64,000 nt of DNA, taken from Octopus sinensis (taxonomy: Eukaryota). Position numbers and translations under genes: made by a program. Of this stretch, positions 63,141 to 64,000 are shown one piece after another. The stretch's first letter is position 1; each line of letters begins with the position of its first letter. The stretch is taken from contig NC_043005.1 in the NCBI RefSeq assembly GCF_006345805.1, positions 96,410,001 to 96,474,000 on the forward strand, in the 5' to 3' direction. The notes under the pieces were generated by a model. The model saw only the letters and a list, made by a program, of their open reading frames with translations, was not told where the DNA came from and searched no databases.

Positions 63141-64000
63141 GCCAAAACAAAACAAGCATACATACTTTTTCCCTAGCAGTAATTTCTGTTTAAATAGCTT
63201 GGTTGTCTTCTATCAAATATATGGCTACCTTTTCTCTTGGTTATGTTTTTACATTTTAACGATCCTAGTGTTTCTTTCCGTTCTGATGGTGGTTATTGTT
63301 TTTCTGTTTTGTTTTTCGAAAAGTTTTTTGTAAATTTTGAGTTTATTTTCCAAGTTGTTTTCTAAATAATTCTTTTTTCTTTTTGGTTAAAAAAAATTCT
63401 TTTACTATTGCATAAAAATATTATAAATAAACATTCTACTTTATGATTTGTTAGTATTTTTAGAAGTTACTTGTTTGACATATTTTTTACTTAATGACAA
63501 CTACAAACAAAAACAAGAATAAACTCCAAGCAGCAAAAAAGAAATAAAGAAAGAAAATGTTTAAAGTTAATTGATAGTTAATTATATTAAAAATTAAAAT
63601 GACCTATTTAAGACTTTATAATAATCCTTATGTAATGTTCTGTGAAAATCTATTTGAATATAAAACATCAAAAATATTTTTAAATCTAATAAAATGAAAT
63701 TATATTTTTGTAATTTTTTCTTTTTTTTTCTCCCTTTCAAAATATCTACTCAATACATCTTATTTTTACTTGAAAGTAAATAGAATTAAAAATCAAAAAA
63801 TCAAAAATATGCCAAAAAAAAAACATTGGCACACAATAGGCATACTTTTGAAGAGGGAATAATTTACTTCCATGGACTCATTGATAAATATTACATTTTC
63901 AATGTTCTTAATTCCTGCTAATGTTTTAACTATATTCCACTTTCTGCCTCTTTGTTGTTCTATCCTTGTGTAACTATAATATCAATACAAATTTAGTTGT

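Noticed and set aside
58641-63333. Many Y/I-rich ORFs
   Set aside because: Translations of (TA)n; no coding signal.

Overview
Eukaryotic, AT-rich, repeat-dense genomic DNA; the repeat families and (TA)n/(TG)n load suggest an Octopus-type cephalopod genome (inference). One host gene spans most of the window: a plus-strand iRhom (RHBDF-family rhomboid pseudoprotease). I assembled 14 coding exons by hand (10420..57940, 2280 nt, 759 aa); all introns are GT-AG and all phases are consistent. Introns and flanks hold decayed transposons: a hAT transposase, two full-length mariners, maT-like and Tigger fragments, MITEs, Helentron/HINE-like elements, RTE, CR1 and Tx1 LINEs, a Penelope-like element, a Gypsy LTR/PBS/gag remnant and three tRNA-derived SINE families. 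A ~4.5 kb degenerate (TA)n array lies 3' of the gene. Most notable observations: (1) a 5S rRNA fused to a 5'-truncated RTE LINE with a 476-aa open RT frame, resembling a template-switch chimera; (2) hammerhead-ribozyme-like motifs with a variant CUGUGGA core in Penelope terminal repeats; (3) an iRhom that keeps both catalytic-position residues (GPSG Ser and TM6 His); (4) a copy-number-variable tandem hairpin module in the RTE 3' UTR; (5) a ~360 bp fold-back element built around a tRNA-like head. All coordinates were read by hand; repeat boundaries are approximate and family names rest on recalled motifs, not database searches.
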